In this document: positions 18,635 to 27,966 of the stretch, piece after piece
How positions within the stretch are numbered: the stretch's first letter is position 1
Layout of the letters: every line of letters begins with the position of its first letter
Virus record (IMG/VR): IMGVR_UViG_3300035183_000546
Location: 1-61,137 of that record
DNA from: a virus
Taxonomy: Duplodnaviria > Caudoviricetes
DNA: 61,137 nt
Strand: one strand, 5' to 3'
Position numbers and translations under genes: made by a program
Notes under the pieces: generated by a model
Told to the model about the DNA's origin: nothing
The model's input: the letters and a program-made list of their open reading frames with translations, nothing else
Database searches by the model: none

Positions 18635-21523
18635 ATGATGAAAACAACTTATTTTCAAAGCTTAGTATTATTACTGCTTGGGTTCTTATGGACCATACCA
18701 ATCAAATTAAATGCCCAAATGCAACCCATTAGTTATTGGACTTGCGATTTACCTAATCCCTCCAATGGGATTAAAGATTCTAAAAATGTAAGGGATTTAA
18801 TTTTCGGTATAGTTCCCCAGATTAAATCGGGTGGGCCTGTAGGTAAGTATGTAGAAGTGGGGGATAACCATGGAGCTTTAACCGCTTCAAGTAATCCTTT
18901 CCCTTCGGGATCTATGACAGTAGAATTTTTATTTAAGCCTTCTAAAAAGTTTAATAATTCTGAAATGTGGCGTGATCAGCCTGGTACTATGAGTGGAGGT
19001 ATTTTTTGGACTAAATTTGGACCCCCAGATAATTCTGTACCCTATATCTATTTTACTACTAATACTGTAGGTCAAGGTAGCCATACTTTATATATACCCT
19101 TAAATAAAAGAGGTAGGGGTTCAGCTAGTTGGTTCATGGACGGGAAATTTCATCATATAGTGTTTAGGTATAATCATACTACTGGTGTAAAGGATATTTG
19201 GTTGGATGGACAATGCCCAACTGGGTTTTCTACGACCATAACTCCCGGAGCATTATCCCAATTGAGCGAAAAAACTTTTTTCTTCTGCAGCTCAGTGCCC
19301 TACCGTCAATCCTATATGGGTTGGGATGAGATAGCTATATATAATGGTGCTATTCCAACAGGTCAAATTTACCAACATTACTTAGATTTTCAAGCGGGTC
19401 AACCATATAGTTTTACTGTAGCAGGAAGCGTTCCTGCTGCTTCGGATATTTCTACGGGTTTAGATACTTTAAGTTTTGCGCCTAATACTGTATTACCTAC
19501 GACAGGAGCTGTAACATTATGCACTGGACCCAGCGCTTTAACTCAACATAAATTTTGCCCCCTACCACGGTATAGACACTCAGTTACAGATGTACCCCCT
19601 TTATTTGACTGGGCTGATCCAATCTATCAAGCGGGTTTGGGTCAAGTAGGCGGGAGCTTTACATACGCTAATGTAGTAGATACCCTAAAAAAATTACTTG
19701 TAGAATTAGGTAGAAATTGGAATTATGCTATGTGGTTATCCCGGTTTGTTGGCCCCAACAGTAATTTAGAGGACACGGGCACAAATCCCGATGGGGCTAT
19801 GCTAAAAGTAGCTAATGATAATCCAGATTTACCGGTTGGGTATATAACCTTAAGAGCTCAAATCAACTTGTCAGGACCCAATACTCCAGCTTTAGGGAGT
19901 AGTAATTACCCTCCCCAAAACTACTTAAGGAATAGCTCTGGGGCTTTTATTCCTTATGGTAATTTCACTAAGATTTGGAGCCCTTTAGCTGATACAGCTA
20001 ATTATAGAGCTGATGGGGAATATACTAGGCAGGGTTTAATCAAAATACTAGCTAAATTACCAAACAGACCTGCAGATAAAAAAATAACGTACATAGAAGA
20101 AAATGGCGAAGTTATTCCGCCTATTCCAGCTAGCGTATTAAGCCAGGATCCCGCTGTAGTAGCTGCGGCTGCAGCTGCAGGTATGAGTGTATTGGAGTTT
20201 GGTTCTAAAAAGTGGTCCGAAGTATGTATAGCATATCGCAACCAGTTTATGAATCTTCCGGGATTACAGAAAACTAAGTACACAGAATACTTACTTAATG
20301 GTAAAAATGATTTTACATGGTTGTGGAAATACACCCGTAATGTAAGTACCCCTATGCGTAATGATATGCACTATTCTACCTCAGATATGTATATTAGATA
20401 TCCCTATAATTGGCGTATGTGGGTCGGAGCTTGGCATGGGTATCAGTGGTTTGCTGAGGGTAGGCTAGATGAAATAGCGGCTAAAGATACTTTGTTTTCT
20501 CCTCACGTTAGTGCAGGATGGGATAGGAAAGAAGAAATGAATATAAGGCCTGCTCAGTATTTGGCATTGCTTAAGCTTATGAACGGGTTAGGAGCAGATT
20601 TTTACTACGTGGGATTTTTCCATGAGGGCTCGGCTCCTTGGCCTTTACCAGAAAATTGGACTTGGCAAAAAATTATAGCTTCATATGCTCAAGCTACTTG
20701 GACTAACTATGCTAAAATTCATCGCAACAGCAGTATAGTTTTAGGGGAGCAATCTACGAGATATGACCCACCTGTACCGGGTCCTTCATTACACTTAGTT
20801 TCTGGGGATCCCCGTATAATAGTAATAGCTCGTAAACATAATACGCTTAATCAATACGCTATTAATTCTGCAATTATACCTTGTACTAATGACACTGGTA
20901 ATGTCCCCGATGTAGATACTGCGTTTGTAAGGTTAGATAATAAAGATATTAAGTTTTTGGTAAGGCCCCAAGGAAGTACTTATGTTTGGGATAATTCTGA
21001 CCCCAATAAACCTGTGTTTTACCAAGTAGATGCTTGGCATGAAAAAACCCATCCTTGGTATTGGGATAGGGGTTTTTACTTCGAAGCTGAAAACTATGGA
21101 AATACTGAAACAGAAAATCAGAAGATTTCTACTGAAATTACTCCGGCTATATTAGCTGGAGATTACACTAATTTTACAACGTATGTAAATACTGTAGTAC
21201 CCGACCGGGGTTACCAGTACTATTTTAAACCTCGATCAGGTACAGGAAGTACTGAATACTATGTTTACATCCGGGTAAAGAATTTAAGCGATACACCACA
21301 AGAAATAACCTTAGGCTGTAACGGTCAAAACCGTAGTACTGTAAAAGTATTGGTTAACTCTAATACTTGGACTTGGATGAATACTCGTAAAAATGGTAGC
21401 CGTATAAAATTTACTGGGATTAGTACAGTCAATGAAAATAACCTCAGGATTTTAGGTAGCCCAAGCGTATGTATTGATAAATTATACATTACTACTAACC
21501 CTAATTGGATTCCAAATCTATAG
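18635..21523 (+). CDS. secreted LamG/ConA-like lectin + possible glycoside-hydrolase-like core + CBM-like protein
   Basis: Signal peptide ...IKLNA|Q; LamG motifs MTVEFLFKP, DGKFHHIVFRY, IWLDG, DEIAIYN; C-terminal FEAEN...IDKLYIT beta-sandwich. Confidence 0.75.
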   Translation: MMKTTYFQSLVLLLLGFLWTIPIKLNAQMQPISYWTCDLPNPSNGIKDSKNVRDLIFGIVPQIKSGGPVGKYVEVGDNHGALTASSNPFPSGSMTVEFLFKPSKKFNNSEMWRDQPGTMSGGIFWTKFGPPDNSVPYIYFTTNTVGQGSHTLYIPLNKRGRGSASWFMDGKFHHIVFRYNHTTGVKDIWLDGQCPTGFSTTITPGALSQLSEKTFFFCSSVPYRQSYMGWDEIAIYNGAIPTGQIYQHYLDFQAGQPYSFTVAGSVPAASDISTGLDTLSFAPNTVLPTTGAVTLCTGPSALTQHKFCPLPRYRHSVTDVPPLFDWADPIYQAGLGQVGGSFTYANVVDTLKKLLVELGRNWNYAMWLSRFVGPNSNLEDTGTNPDGAMLKVANDNPDLPVGYITLRAQINLSGPNTPALGSSNYPPQNYLRNSSGAFIPYGNFTKIWSPLADTANYRADGEYTRQGLIKILAKLPNRPADKKITYIEENGEVIPPIPASVLSQDPAVVAAAAAAGMSVLEFGSKKWSEVCIAYRNQFMNLPGLQKTKYTEYLLNGKNDFTWLWKYTRNVSTPMRNDMHYSTSDMYIRYPYNWRMWVGAWHGYQWFAEGRLDEIAAKDTLFSPHVSAGWDRKEEMNIRPAQYLALLKLMNGLGADFYYVGFFHEGSAPWPLPENWTWQKIIASYAQATWTNYAKIHRNSSIVLGEQSTRYDPPVPGPSLHLVSGDPRIIVIARKHNTLNQYAINSAIIPCTNDTGNVPDVDTAFVRLDNKDIKFLVRPQGSTYVWDNSDPNKPVFYQVDAWHEKTHPWYWDRGFYFEAENYGNTETENQKISTEITPAILAGDYTNFTTYVNTVVPDRGYQYYFKPRSGTGSTEYYVYIRVKNLSDTPQEITLGCNGQNRSTVKVLVNSNTWTWMNTRKNGSRIKFTGISTVNENNLRILGSPSVCIDKLYITTNPNWIPNL

Positions 21524-21566
21524 CTTTTTGTCCAGACTAATAACCCCTATTTAAAACCTTAGTGTC

Positions 21567-23429
21567 ATGCCCACTGCTGCTCGAGTATCTTTTGATATAC
21601 AAAATTTAACTTTTTCAGCTCCCAACCTATTAAAGGGTATTTCTTTTGTTATGGGGATAACAAAAAGAGGCCCCGTTGCAGATCCCGGTAAACTTATTTC
21701 TACCTGGGACCAGTTTGTAAGGGTGTATGGAGGCTATTTGCCCAATAGTAATTTTGCGTTACTTGCGGAAAGAGCTTTTAACTATGGAGCCCAGCTGAGA
21801 GTTAGCCGCGTAGTACATTATAATGATATTTCTGACCCCAATACAGCTACGGCAACTAAAGCTATCTTAAGCTCGCCTCTTATACTTACTTGGGATAGTG
21901 CTATGGTAGCGGGTAATGTTTTTGATTTCAATTTAGAAGGTGTAGCTAGTGCTCCAGTTAATTTTACTACTGACCATGATACTACTATGGCTTTGATAGC
22001 TGCTGAGTTATCCACTCATCCCCTAATAAGCTCTGCTCATGTAGTACAAGGACCCGCTGCAAATGATGATCTTACTTTAATCTTATTCCCTAAAAAAGAT
22101 CTAACACTTACTTATACTTTAAATGCTGTAATCACAGGGGGAGCCTCACAACCTTCTATTAATGTGACTGAGGCAGATGGAGTGTTAGATAGCAAAAATA
22201 ATAAGCTATTTACGCCTGTACTCAAATATCCGGGAGGAGATTACAATAAAGTATTTATAGCTATATCTAATGCTTCTAATGGTAATAGTGCATACTTTAA
22301 CTTAACCATATTTCATGAAGATGAAGCTGAATTAACTGAGTATTACCCTAATTTGAAAATTCCATCTACTCCTCCCAATATAGCTAATTCTACTTACTTA
22401 GATGAAGTAAAGTTAGCTTCTCAGCTGTTAGACTTTATATACGAAGATCTATCAAGTTTGAGCGGGCAATTGCGCCCTCTTAATGGGCTTTACTTTTTTG
22501 ATGGAGGCCATGATGGTAGTCCTGTAACCAGTACTGATTATATAGGTAATGCTTTGGGTAAAACTGGCTTTTTTGCTTTTGATGAATATGATGATGGTAT
22601 GCAAGTGGCTGCACCCGAAGTAACTGAAGCTTTAATACATGAAGCTGGAGCAGATTATGCAGCTAATCGTAAAGATTTATTGTACTTAGGCCATTTACCC
22701 AATTCTTTAAGTACTAGTATTGCTATAGCTGCCGCTCGTGATGCTATGAACATTGATACGCCCTATGCTATGCTTTTCGCGGGTGGTTTGAAAATATCTC
22801 ACCCTGTAACGGGGTTACCCATTGAGATTTCGGGTATGGGAGATATTTTGGGGATTATTGCACACAGCGATAATTTAGCAGGCGAGTGGTATGCTTTCGA
22901 TGGTATTAATCGGGGTACGGTGAGAAAAGCGCTGGGCGTAGTTAATAACTTTGGTACTCCGGCTAGGTATACTGAATTGAATGTTTTAGCAAACCATCAG
23001 GTAAATATGATGGTGCATAAAGATAAAAGGGTTTATCTAGCGGGTAACTATACAGCTACCATAAGTAATTCGCAAATGTCTTGGGCTGATACTATAAGGT
23101 TTATTATATTTTTACAAAAGAGTTTAAGGCCCATACTAGAAAAGTATTTAAGAGAGCCTTGCGATATTCCTACGTGGAAAGCTATTTTTGACGAGGTTAA
23201 CCCTTTCCTTACCAGCTTAGTTAAAGCTAGGGCTATGTTTGCCTATGTATGGAATGGGGATCAAAACATTAGCCGAATAGAAGACGTAAGGGTTAATACT
23301 TTGGCAGATGTTCAACAGGGTAAGTATAAAGCTAAGCTTTATATTAAGAAGACTCCGGCAATGAATGAGTTACTCGTACAAATTGTGCTGTCTCCTCTTT
23401 CTCTTGATTTTAACATTGTTACTGACTAA
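21567..23429 (+). CDS. tail sheath protein
   Basis: GITKRGPV, TWDQFVRVYG, GGHDG, sheath C-terminal domain (YLREP...GKYKAKLYI..TP). Confidence 0.92.
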   Translation: MPTAARVSFDIQNLTFSAPNLLKGISFVMGITKRGPVADPGKLISTWDQFVRVYGGYLPNSNFALLAERAFNYGAQLRVSRVVHYNDISDPNTATATKAILSSPLILTWDSAMVAGNVFDFNLEGVASAPVNFTTDHDTTMALIAAELSTHPLISSAHVVQGPAANDDLTLILFPKKDLTLTYTLNAVITGGASQPSINVTEADGVLDSKNNKLFTPVLKYPGGDYNKVFIAISNASNGNSAYFNLTIFHEDEAELTEYYPNLKIPSTPPNIANSTYLDEVKLASQLLDFIYEDLSSLSGQLRPLNGLYFFDGGHDGSPVTSTDYIGNALGKTGFFAFDEYDDGMQVAAPEVTEALIHEAGADYAANRKDLLYLGHLPNSLSTSIAIAAARDAMNIDTPYAMLFAGGLKISHPVTGLPIEISGMGDILGIIAHSDNLAGEWYAFDGINRGTVRKALGVVNNFGTPARYTELNVLANHQVNMMVHKDKRVYLAGNYTATISNSQMSWADTIRFIIFLQKSLRPILEKYLREPCDIPTWKAIFDEVNPFLTSLVKARAMFAYVWNGDQNISRIEDVRVNTLADVQQGKYKAKLYIKKTPAMNELLVQIVLSPLSLDFNIVTD

Positions 23430-23431
23430 TT

Positions 23432-23887
23432 ATGGCAAACATTGCAAACCCTCGTAAAAATTTCCAATTTTCTATTTCTGTGCCCGGGTTAAATCCCTTC
23501 CTTGCACAGAAAGTAACTTTACCCGAGGAATCTATTGATGTAGTAGAGCACGGGGATACTAATTACCTGGTTAAAACTGGGGGTATTCGTAAAGTAGGTA
23601 AACTGGTAGTAGAAAAGATTATGTTTGCTACTGGTGCTGATAATTGGCTGAGAGATTGGATGCTAGAAGTCCAGAACATCACTTTGGGAGGAGGTTTACT
23701 ACCCTCACTATATAAGCGTACAATACGCATAGATCAGCTTTCTAATGATGGTGTAACTATCATTAATACCCATTATTACTATGGGTGCTGGCCTTCTAAA
23801 AGGGATGCTATAGAGCTAGATCGCACTACTTCTGAAAACACTATGGAAAAAATAGAGTTTGAAGTAGATGAGCCAATACAGCAGTAA
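23432..23887 (+). CDS. tail tube protein (T4 gp19-like)
   Basis: NPRKNFQF, KVTLPE, YKRTIRI, GCWPSK, LD.T.SE motifs; follows the sheath. Confidence 0.9.
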   Translation: MANIANPRKNFQFSISVPGLNPFLAQKVTLPEESIDVVEHGDTNYLVKTGGIRKVGKLVVEKIMFATGADNWLRDWMLEVQNITLGGGLLPSLYKRTIRIDQLSNDGVTIINTHYYYGCWPSKRDAIELDRTTSENTMEKIEFEVDEPIQQ

Positions 23888-23915
23888 TAGGTTTAAGTGT
23901 TTAACATGTGGCGGG

Positions 23916-23944
23916 GAGGGGAGTAGTACTCCCCTCTGTTGTTT
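23916..23944 (+). terminator. hairpin/terminator after the tube gene
   Basis: GAGGGGAGTA-g-TACTCCCCTC followed by TGTTGTTT. Confidence 0.7.
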
Positions 23945-23972
23945 ACTATTATTTAGCAAATACTTATAGACT

Positions 23973-24746
23973 ATGCTTACAATACCCCAAAACACTACCG
24001 AAGTAATCTTGCCCGATTTAACTACAGTAACAATACGCGAACAAAACGGGGCAGATGACGAAATTCTTTCTAAAATGAAAAACAGCCGAGATAACTCAGC
24101 TGTAGAAAAGTTTTTAGCTAACATCATAGTAAGTGTAAACCCAGAAACAGATAAACCTTGGACTTATAAAGAAATAGCTGCGTGGCGGTCAAACAAAATT
24201 AATTACTTAGTACTATGTTCGAGGATATTCTCTTTGGGTGAAACTATTACTTTTAAATTTCGTTGCCCAGAATGTGGGTATACAGACCCAAGAGAATTCG
24301 AAGAGGATTTAACTAACTATACTAGTAAGTTTGATAACCTTAAACCTGTTTCAGAATTTCCTTACGTAATTTTACCATTTGTAGATAAACCTGGAGTATT
24401 ACAGCGTACCCTGGAGCTTGCTAGTGGTAAAAAAATACGCTACAAATTTAGAACTGGCTTAGCAGATAGGAAATCACTAGAAATCCCCGAAGAAGAAGTA
24501 TCTTTGAATACTTTACTGGCTATACGGGAGCTGGAATTAGAAACTAGTCCGGGTAAGTGGCTAAAACTTCAAAACTATGAAGTGTTTACTAGCCGGGATA
24601 TGAAAGAGATCCGAGAAGATATTAAGATACATGACCCTATTTTCAATGTAATATCTGAAATCACTTGTACTAATCGTACTTGCAAAAAATTAACTAAGGT
24701 AAATATGATGGAGCAACCGGATTTTTTCTTTCCGGGAGCAATATAA
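23973..24746 (+). CDS. tail assembly chaperone / hub assembly protein
   Basis: Between tube and tape measure; CPECG and CTNRTC pairs; ends PDFFFP. Confidence 0.75.
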   Translation: MLTIPQNTTEVILPDLTTVTIREQNGADDEILSKMKNSRDNSAVEKFLANIIVSVNPETDKPWTYKEIAAWRSNKINYLVLCSRIFSLGETITFKFRCPECGYTDPREFEEDLTNYTSKFDNLKPVSEFPYVILPFVDKPGVLQRTLELASGKKIRYKFRTGLADRKSLEIPEEEVSLNTLLAIRELELETSPGKWLKLQNYEVFTSRDMKEIREDIKIHDPIFNVISEITCTNRTCKKLTKVNMMEQPDFFFPGAI

Positions 24747-24871
24747 TTCTAGAGCACTGGAACCTGTGTATGGCAGGTTTACACATTTCGCTATCTGAAT
24801 TATATTTGCTCCCCCATTCAATGCGCAAGCAATACTTAAAATATGCCGATGAAACTAGGCCCCGTAGCTAA
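24722..24871 (+). other. programmed -1 frameshift site and extension (lambda G/GT-type)
   Basis: Slippery T TTT TTC at 24722-24728; -1 frame open to TAA at 24869-24871, 9 nt before the tape-measure ATG. Confidence 0.78.
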
Positions 24872-24880
24872 AAATACTCT

Positions 24881-26935
24881 ATGTTTGGCTTAAATACTTC
24901 TTCTGTTCTTGGTATTGGTTTAAGGTTAACGTTGTATAATAATTTTTCTAACAACGCTAATGCTGTAATCAATTCTATGGGGGGCATAAATAATGCAGCC
25001 CGAATTTTAAAATCTAATTTAGCTGCTTTGCGAGATATAAGCTTAGGGAGTTTAACAGCAGGTTTAGGTATATTAAGGGGTTACAGCAAAGCTTTTAAAG
25101 TTGGCTCCGAATTTAAATTTAACTTAGCTGCAGCGGGTGCAGCTGCGGGAGCAACGAAAGAACAAGTTCATGAAATGGGACAAGTAGCTTTAGATCTATC
25201 CCGTAAGTATAACTATGGGCCGGTAGTATTTGCTAAAGCCATGGAAGATATTGCTAAAGCAGGCGTAGAGGCTAAAAATATACCCGCAGTTATGTCAGCT
25301 ATAGCTCAAACTGCTGTAGCAGCTAGGGAGGAATTGACCGGTGAAATGGGAGTAGCTAAGTTATTTATTGATATGGTTTCAGCCTGGAGAATACCACCTG
25401 GACAATTAACTACTTTTGGGGATATGGTTACTAAAACGGCATTGATATCAACCATAGGTTTTAAAGATATCGCCGAGTCCATGAAGTATTCTCAAGATGT
25501 GCTTAGGGATGTAAAAATGCCCATACATGATGCTTTAGCTATGATTGCATTTCTGGGCAACCAAGGTATTAAAGCTTCAGTAGCAGGAATATCGGCTATG
25601 AACATGTATAAGGAATTTGTACTAGCCGTATCGGGAGCTAGCGATAAAAAAACAAATGCACTAAAAGCTCTGGGATTAGATCCTGCTTCTTTTGTTACAG
25701 CTAAGGGAGATCTGGAGGATATCATGACAATCCTTCAAAAATTCCACTTTGCATTAAAAAATGTGGGATCAGTTGAAAGGCAAAGATATTTGTTTGACAT
25801 CTTTGGAGTAAGGGGTAAGAGGGGAGCTAGCCCTTTAATAGATTACCTAATGGGTGATACCAGTACTTCGGGGGCAATTACTAAATCTTTTAATGATATA
25901 CGCGATAGTATACTTAATTCTAAGGGAGCTAACCAATCAATAGTAGATACACTATCCCAAACTACTGAATACCAGTGGACTTTGTTTACTAATGCACTAG
26001 ATAGATTAGCTATAGCTGTACACGAGGCTTTACCACTATTAATCCCGATTATTAAGGGCCTAACTTATATCATCCAGGGTATTGTTGAATTTTCTCGTAC
26101 CAGTGTGGGTAAGTTTTTTATTACTGCGGGGTTAGTTATAGGTTCTCTTTTAACAGCTTTCGGGGTTTTTGGATTAATCACTAGCTCGGTGGGTTTATTT
26201 CTAATTAGGGGTAAGGTAAGCGCTATAGCTATGGGTAGAGCTATGGTGTGGGCTTGGAATGCAGCGGGAGCTGCCGCTATGAGGTATTTGGGTTTACAAC
26301 AAGCTATTAATGCTCGCCAATTAAGCTTAATACGTCTTTCTGATGGGCGGTGGGCGTGGCGAAATACAATAACTGGGAGATTCGCTAAAGGACCCATATC
26401 AGCTAGTATAGCCGGTGCTTATCCTTTTATAGGTTGGTTAGCTAGATTATCTCCCACTTTAGCAAAGCTAGCTTACCAGGCATTTAGATTAACTGAGGCT
26501 TTCACGGGTATAGGAATGGTAATGCTTTTCCTTGAGGCAGTTGGCGTGGATTTTAAAACTCAGCTGAAAGTAGCTTTGGGAGGTATTATATGGATAATCC
26601 AAAGCGCAATAAACGTTATTGAGGGGATGTTGGAGTGGATCCCGGGAGTTGATTTTGGAGGTGGAGGCTATTCTGCTAGGCAGGCTCGCATAAATAAGAT
26701 TTTCGATAACCTTGATAATGTCAGTTGGAGAGAACGCAATGCTCCGGTTAGTAAAACTGCTAACTTTAATGACAATCGCTATGAGAGCCCAGATTATAAA
26801 AGGTTTTTAAAAAGCAAAGAAACTTCTTACAACCCTGTAATTAACTTGTATATAGATGGTAAATTAGCTTTATCTAAAGCTTTAAATGATTTACAATCTA
26901 AAGAACTTGTAAATTTAGGTTTAAACAACGTATAA
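24881..26935 (+). CDS. tape measure protein (TP901-like core)
   Basis: Ala/Gly-rich; ESMKY, LGNQGIKASVAG, IFGVRG motifs; hydrophobic C-half. Confidence 0.92.
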   Translation: MFGLNTSSVLGIGLRLTLYNNFSNNANAVINSMGGINNAARILKSNLAALRDISLGSLTAGLGILRGYSKAFKVGSEFKFNLAAAGAAAGATKEQVHEMGQVALDLSRKYNYGPVVFAKAMEDIAKAGVEAKNIPAVMSAIAQTAVAAREELTGEMGVAKLFIDMVSAWRIPPGQLTTFGDMVTKTALISTIGFKDIAESMKYSQDVLRDVKMPIHDALAMIAFLGNQGIKASVAGISAMNMYKEFVLAVSGASDKKTNALKALGLDPASFVTAKGDLEDIMTILQKFHFALKNVGSVERQRYLFDIFGVRGKRGASPLIDYLMGDTSTSGAITKSFNDIRDSILNSKGANQSIVDTLSQTTEYQWTLFTNALDRLAIAVHEALPLLIPIIKGLTYIIQGIVEFSRTSVGKFFITAGLVIGSLLTAFGVFGLITSSVGLFLIRGKVSAIAMGRAMVWAWNAAGAAAMRYLGLQQAINARQLSLIRLSDGRWAWRNTITGRFAKGPISASIAGAYPFIGWLARLSPTLAKLAYQAFRLTEAFTGIGMVMLFLEAVGVDFKTQLKVALGGIIWIIQSAINVIEGMLEWIPGVDFGGGGYSARQARINKIFDNLDNVSWRERNAPVSKTANFNDNRYESPDYKRFLKSKETSYNPVINLYIDGKLALSKALNDLQSKELVNLGLNNV

Positions 26936-26936
26936 T

Positions 26937-27668
26937 ATGCCCCCTATACCTCCAATAGTACCCATGGGTTTTTCGGAAATTTCCATACCCAGTGTGGGTC
27001 AATTTGGTACTGACTTACGCAGCCGATTACTTGAAAAAATTCGAGCTGAAATACGGGGAGTGAGCCCCGAAGAATTAGAGACTACAGAAGCTAAGCGAGA
27101 ACGCATGCGTACGTTAGTTAAAGGCCGGGGATCCACACAACCAAGTTCAGTACCCTCGGATCATTACCCCGGAAAGGATGTAGCGGAGGGACCTCATGTA
27201 AGGCCCCCTAAGCTTTTTCTTTATAATGTTGAAACAGGTGAGAGGATAGCTTTACAAACTGTACCCAATGAATTAGCGTATTCTGTTAATCCTAATTGGG
27301 TATCATTAACTCCTATGGGTAGGAATAATCCTTTATACCATTACACGGGTTCTGAAGATTCATTAAGCTTAACCTTAGATTGGTATTCCGAAGAAGAAAA
27401 CCGCGAAGATGTTATTCGTAAGTGCAAGCATATAGAATCTTGGTCAAAAAATGATGGTTATGATAATCCTCCTCCCCGTGTAAAGCTTCTATGGGGTAAT
27501 AGCTATTTAAACCAAGCTACTTGGGTCATCTCTGATTGTGAGTATAAACTAAGTAATTTCCATTACTCTTATAATATGCTACCTCAGCAAGCTTACCAAA
27601 AATTAACTCTACTAAGGGTAACTGAAACTAACCTTAATTGGTCTAGTATAATTTCAATAGATAACTAG
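26937..27668 (+). CDS. baseplate tube-initiator-like protein
   Basis: PNEL.YS..PNW...GRNNPLYHYTG, PPRVKLLWG. Confidence 0.7.
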   Translation: MPPIPPIVPMGFSEISIPSVGQFGTDLRSRLLEKIRAEIRGVSPEELETTEAKRERMRTLVKGRGSTQPSSVPSDHYPGKDVAEGPHVRPPKLFLYNVETGERIALQTVPNELAYSVNPNWVSLTPMGRNNPLYHYTGSEDSLSLTLDWYSEEENREDVIRKCKHIESWSKNDGYDNPPPRVKLLWGNSYLNQATWVISDCEYKLSNFHYSYNMLPQQAYQKLTLLRVTETNLNWSSIISIDN

Positions 27669-27669
27669 T

Positions 27670-27966
27670 ATGTCGTTAAATTTAAGGATTAATAACCCCT
27701 ATGCTAATGGCCGTATAGTACTATTGGGAGGTTTAGATGCTGTACTTGATCGTACGCGTTTAAACTATGTACCCAGTAGAAAAGATAAACTCCATAAAGT
27801 AAGAGATTTTGATAGTTTAAGCGATTTAGCCTATGATTACTATGGGGATTCTAAATGGTGGTGGGTAATATATGATATTAACGATCTAGACGATCCTTTT
27901 GATTTAATAGTAAATACTACGCTTATAATACCCGATTTAGAACGTATTAAAGTTTCAGCTCTATGA
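27670..27966 (+). CDS. LysM-like baseplate protein (tail X/gp53-like)
   Basis: HKVRDFDSLSDLAYDYYGDSKWWWVI..IN...LIIP. Confidence 0.85.
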   Translation: MSLNLRINNPYANGRIVLLGGLDAVLDRTRLNYVPSRKDKLHKVRDFDSLSDLAYDYYGDSKWWWVIYDINDLDDPFDLIVNTTLIIPDLERIKVSAL

